Assembly (NCBI RefSeq): GCF_040938485.1
Contig: NW_027271112.1
Span: 1-64,000 of the forward strand
Length of the DNA stretch: 64,000 nucleotides
Direction of reading: 5' to 3'
Source of the DNA: Diadema antillarum
Taxonomy: Eukaryota
Part shown: positions 60,495-64,000 of the stretch, piece after piece
Numbering within the stretch: position 1 is the stretch's first letter
Layout: each line of letters begins with the position of its first letter
The notes under the pieces: generated by a model
Seen by the model: only the letters and a program-made list of their open reading frames with translations
Database searches by the model: none
What the model was told of the DNA's origin: nothing
Program-made: the position numbers and the translations under genes

Positions 60495-61819
60495 GTAAGT
60501 GTTATGGTCCTCTTCATCCCGATGTCTCCACCACACGAACTTGCCGTAGAACTGACAATGTTACCTACTAAAGCTACAGTAACATTGCGGCTCACACTGC
60601 CGATAAATGTTTTGTGTGCTATCGTATGGCCGAGAGGTCTCTCATGAGTGAGTGGTGGCTATCTAGGCTCTTGCAGCAGCAGAGGCAGAGCCTATATGAA
60701 CCAGTTCAGTTCATTGCATTGATCATCATGATCATGTTGATAGGTCTTCACCACATTGGGTTCTAGTCAATGCATGTCAGGAGTTCTAAACAGTTAGATC
60801 CTACAGAAATACCAGTTTGCAGTAGAAAGAGCTAGCAGAGCTAGTCGAGCTCTCGGTAGTAGCCAACCAAGACAGAGGCAGAGCAAAGCGATGCAGTCCA
60901 GTGCAGCAGTACAGTAGTGGCGCTACATCCATCCATCTGTCTAGCTAATTCGATTGATTGAAATGCACAAGAATAAAGTAACTCAATGGATCTAAACAAC
61001 CTGCATGGCACCAAGGTTCGACCTCGCGTACAAAATTTGACCGTGCGTAAAAGCATAGATTCTAACGTTAAACAATTAAATTACCGGTAGGCCCTAGACC
61101 GGCTACAGCTATCTACTAGTAATATACTAGATATTTTCTATAATCTAACGTAAGAAATCTGAAAATCATAATTTCAAAAATGAAATGAGGTTCGTTATTC
61201 CGAAAGTTAGTAGTACTGGAACAGTGGAAGTGAAATATGATTTGCTAAGCTATTCAACAGAAATGATGTGTAGCACAGTGTGCATTGGCATTGCAGACCT
61301 GACTGAGCGATTCCCAATCTATTGAAACACAAGTCATTGAAATGCTCCTACCCTGTTGTCATATACTTCAACTTCACTGGTAAGTCTTCAAATTTAAGAA
61401 ATTTTTCGATTTTAAGTTGATATTTGTCCGCTACTACCCTGTCATGATCCTGAAGGCTGCAGTCCGCAGCCCCATTACGCTATGCGTATGGCCCGATGGG
61501 ACTGCTGGTCGCAGTTAGTCATCATAGCCATGCATCATTCATGGGGAGTCCATGACATGGCATTGGCATAGCAATTTCTGCATCTCCCATCTGGAATGTT
61601 CAGTATAGTGCAGATATAAAGTTTATAGAAGTTCCTTGAAGTGTCTGCATGTATCCTCAACTACACTGTTAGTCATAAATGCTAGATTTATCAGAATATA
61701 ACCACACGTCAAGATTAGGAAAAAAAAAAGTACCCTCCATACAACAAAGCTCTGATTCAAGCATTTTCATACACTCATTTCAGATGTAGAATTAGATGAG
61801 ATCCTTTCATTTTCCACAG

Positions 61820-61927
61820 GCCAGGACAGAGTCCAATGTGGACCTGAACACGGACACTTCCCTCCTGGTTGACATCTCCGATGCCCTCAGTGAGAGAGAC
61901 AAGGTTAAATTTACCGTCCACACAAAA
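61820..61927 (+). CDS. SNX6: SNX6 exon 3 (start of PX domain); gene continues beyond the window
   Basis: [31 protein letters not shown], nearly identical to SNX5/6. AG/GTGAGT boundaries. Confidence 0.95.
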
Positions 61928-63892
61928 GTGAGTATGATGTATTGCACGTTGATGACCCATTCATTTGCACTCTTTACCATGTATGCAGATATATTGTTAT
62001 ATTTCATTTTTTTTCTTTTTGTCTAAAAGAAATTCCTATCAAATTATGTGCAATTTTATACATGTATGACAAAAATGTTAAATGGTTAATCAAAGCTGCT
62101 TACTATTTGTGGTATTTTGAGCACATTCAAGATATTGTAATCTCCAAATTCAGAGACAGTAGGGTCTCCATACACATAGAAGTTCTAGAACTGTAACTCT
62201 GCATATTCATTATGGGACCTGCTCAACGTTGATGATACTTGTCGATGATAATTAAGTTCATAGTAGCCATATTGCATGATGATACTGATGCAGTACCGGT
62301 ACTTTTAAAGAAGTTCAGACTTGAACGGCATCATCAGTTGCAATATTAGTAAATGAATTGAAGGACTGTCGGCTCTAAAACAACTGGAAAAGCCATATAA
62401 AATCAGATCTCATTGGAGAAAGAATATGCTGTAAATTTAAGTGATATGTGGTTCTGACTTTTCCAAGTTATCACCAATTTTGTAGTGCTAAGGTTATATG
62501 CTGTGTTACAATATTGACCTACATGTACACTGTATGCATACAATTTGTAGTTGCATGCTTGCTTGCATGGTGAAGATGGCTTTTATAAGTAGAGTCAGTA
62601 GAATCTGACAACCAGAATGGTTGAAGTTTATTAAAATTGACATCCAATATTGGTTTTAATGCAATTGGACATTCAATATTGGTTACAATCATATTATATT
62701 GGTTATAATAGTACACCAGCACATGTTATGAGGATGAGAGAATGAATATAATATTTTGATAATTCAGGAGTGCCGATGAACGGGTCACTTTCTGTACTAA
62801 AAAACTCCTGGCAAAGTGGCATGTATTTAAGATGTCCATTTTCAGTGCTAACATGCTTAAACCCAAAGCCCCCCCCCCCCCTCCCTGCAAACCTGCCAAA
62901 CTTTTAAAAAGTCTTGTTTATAGATAATAGATTGCATTTTGAAAGCTTCAATGGAAATTTATGGTAATCTACCTGTAAGTGTTTATTATAAAATAAACAA
63001 GTTAGGCAAAAGTTATGCATTCTTCTTGGACCTTAGAACATCATGAAGTAAGAAATCATCTCTGTAAAGTTGTAAGCCCCTCCATATCTAAAGTTAGCAA
63101 GATTAGTGCAAGTTTCAAAGATGACAACAGGATTAATAGTTTAGAGCACAAGTGAGCTAAACCTGCTCGTGGTGCTTGCAGATCAGAGCTACCACATTTG
63201 CATTTTTGATTTGTCATTTGTTGACCCAAACATCTTTCCTTTTTAATGTTTTAAAGTCATCACGATATGAATGAGAACCAGGCAGCATAGACTCAGTGAC
63301 ATCACTATCAGTTTTAGTTGTTACCTTTGCTATGTTTTTAAAGTTACATCGTAAATATTATAGTCATTCAGATGGAATGACAGAGTGAGTGTGGGTTATG
63401 GCAGAGTACTAAAGTGTAGAACGGGTAGCCAATGTGATCATGAGGTTACAGTAATAGAACTTTTTACATACCAGTAACCACTTTCACCATTTTTCATTTT
63501 TACCAGCACTGGTAATCCAGTCAAAGTCCCCCTTTCTTTGAGTAGCTGCCATTCCCAGGCACACATTTTTTTTTCTTTAAGTTTTTATTACAATATGCGA
63601 AACCCAGATTGAATTGGTGGTCAGCATTTCTTGTACGCATTATATTGTATTGCAATGTGTAGTGGCATACCTGTGGTGATTGTCTGTGAAGTCTGTGTCA
63701 CTGTTGTAAAAATGTGGTATAGTGGTATCATAGTTGAATTTGTTCATCTTATATGGCTGACTATTTGAAGATGAGGAATTTTAGAGAGAAAAAAAAATTG
63801 ATGCACATTACTCTAGATTCATGTAAATAATTGGTAACAATTGGTAACAATTTTTTTTTTTTTTTTTTTTTTGGGGGGGGGGGGGGGATATG

Positions 63893-63980
63893 CAGAGACT
63901 CCAACCCTAAACATCTTTTTATACAGGAGATTCTCCTGCCTTGACCCTCCCTAGCAAATTGGAGACTCTGACACCTGAAC
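63893..63980. mobile_element. Fragment of the CAGAGACTCCAAC element
   Basis: CAGAGACTCCAACCCTAA..CTAGCAAATTGGAGACTC. Confidence 0.6.
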
Positions 63981-64000
63981 ATGCACACAGTATTATGTGT

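Overview
Eukaryotic genomic DNA, AT-rich, with one N-gap (1658-1851). The repeat landscape suggests a marine invertebrate deuterostome, probably an echinoderm (inference only). Five spliced protein-coding genes can be assembled by hand with frame-compatible GT-AG introns: an unnamed 3-exon 196-aa gene (+, 4540-14788), ARMT1 (-, 34268-39432) head-to-head with NAA80 (+, 39824-43357), CHAC2 (-, 52296-55358), and the first three exons of SNX6 (+, from 60336). An intact Ty3/Gypsy (Mag-like) LTR retrotransposon (18207-24042; 183-bp LTRs differing at 1 nt, GATAC TSD, tRNA-Leu PBS, 1366-codon gag-pol) sits inside a 12.9-kb segment bounded by perfect 32-bp TIRs plus ATAT. Also present: a decayed PNMA-like Gypsy with nested SINEs/MITEs, a CR1/L2-type LINE remnant and many MITEs. 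The most striking signal is a record of past transposon excision. (i) The enriched octamers TACATGTA, TAGGCCTA and TACCGGTA appear, in three alignments of local tandem duplicates, as 6-bp insertions at a TA, like Tc1/mariner footprints. (ii) Four 24-33-bp CA..TG/TA palindromes flanked by exact 8-bp direct repeats look like P-superfamily footprints. No CRISPR array, rRNA or bona fide tRNA gene was seen. All alignments and coordinates were done by eye.
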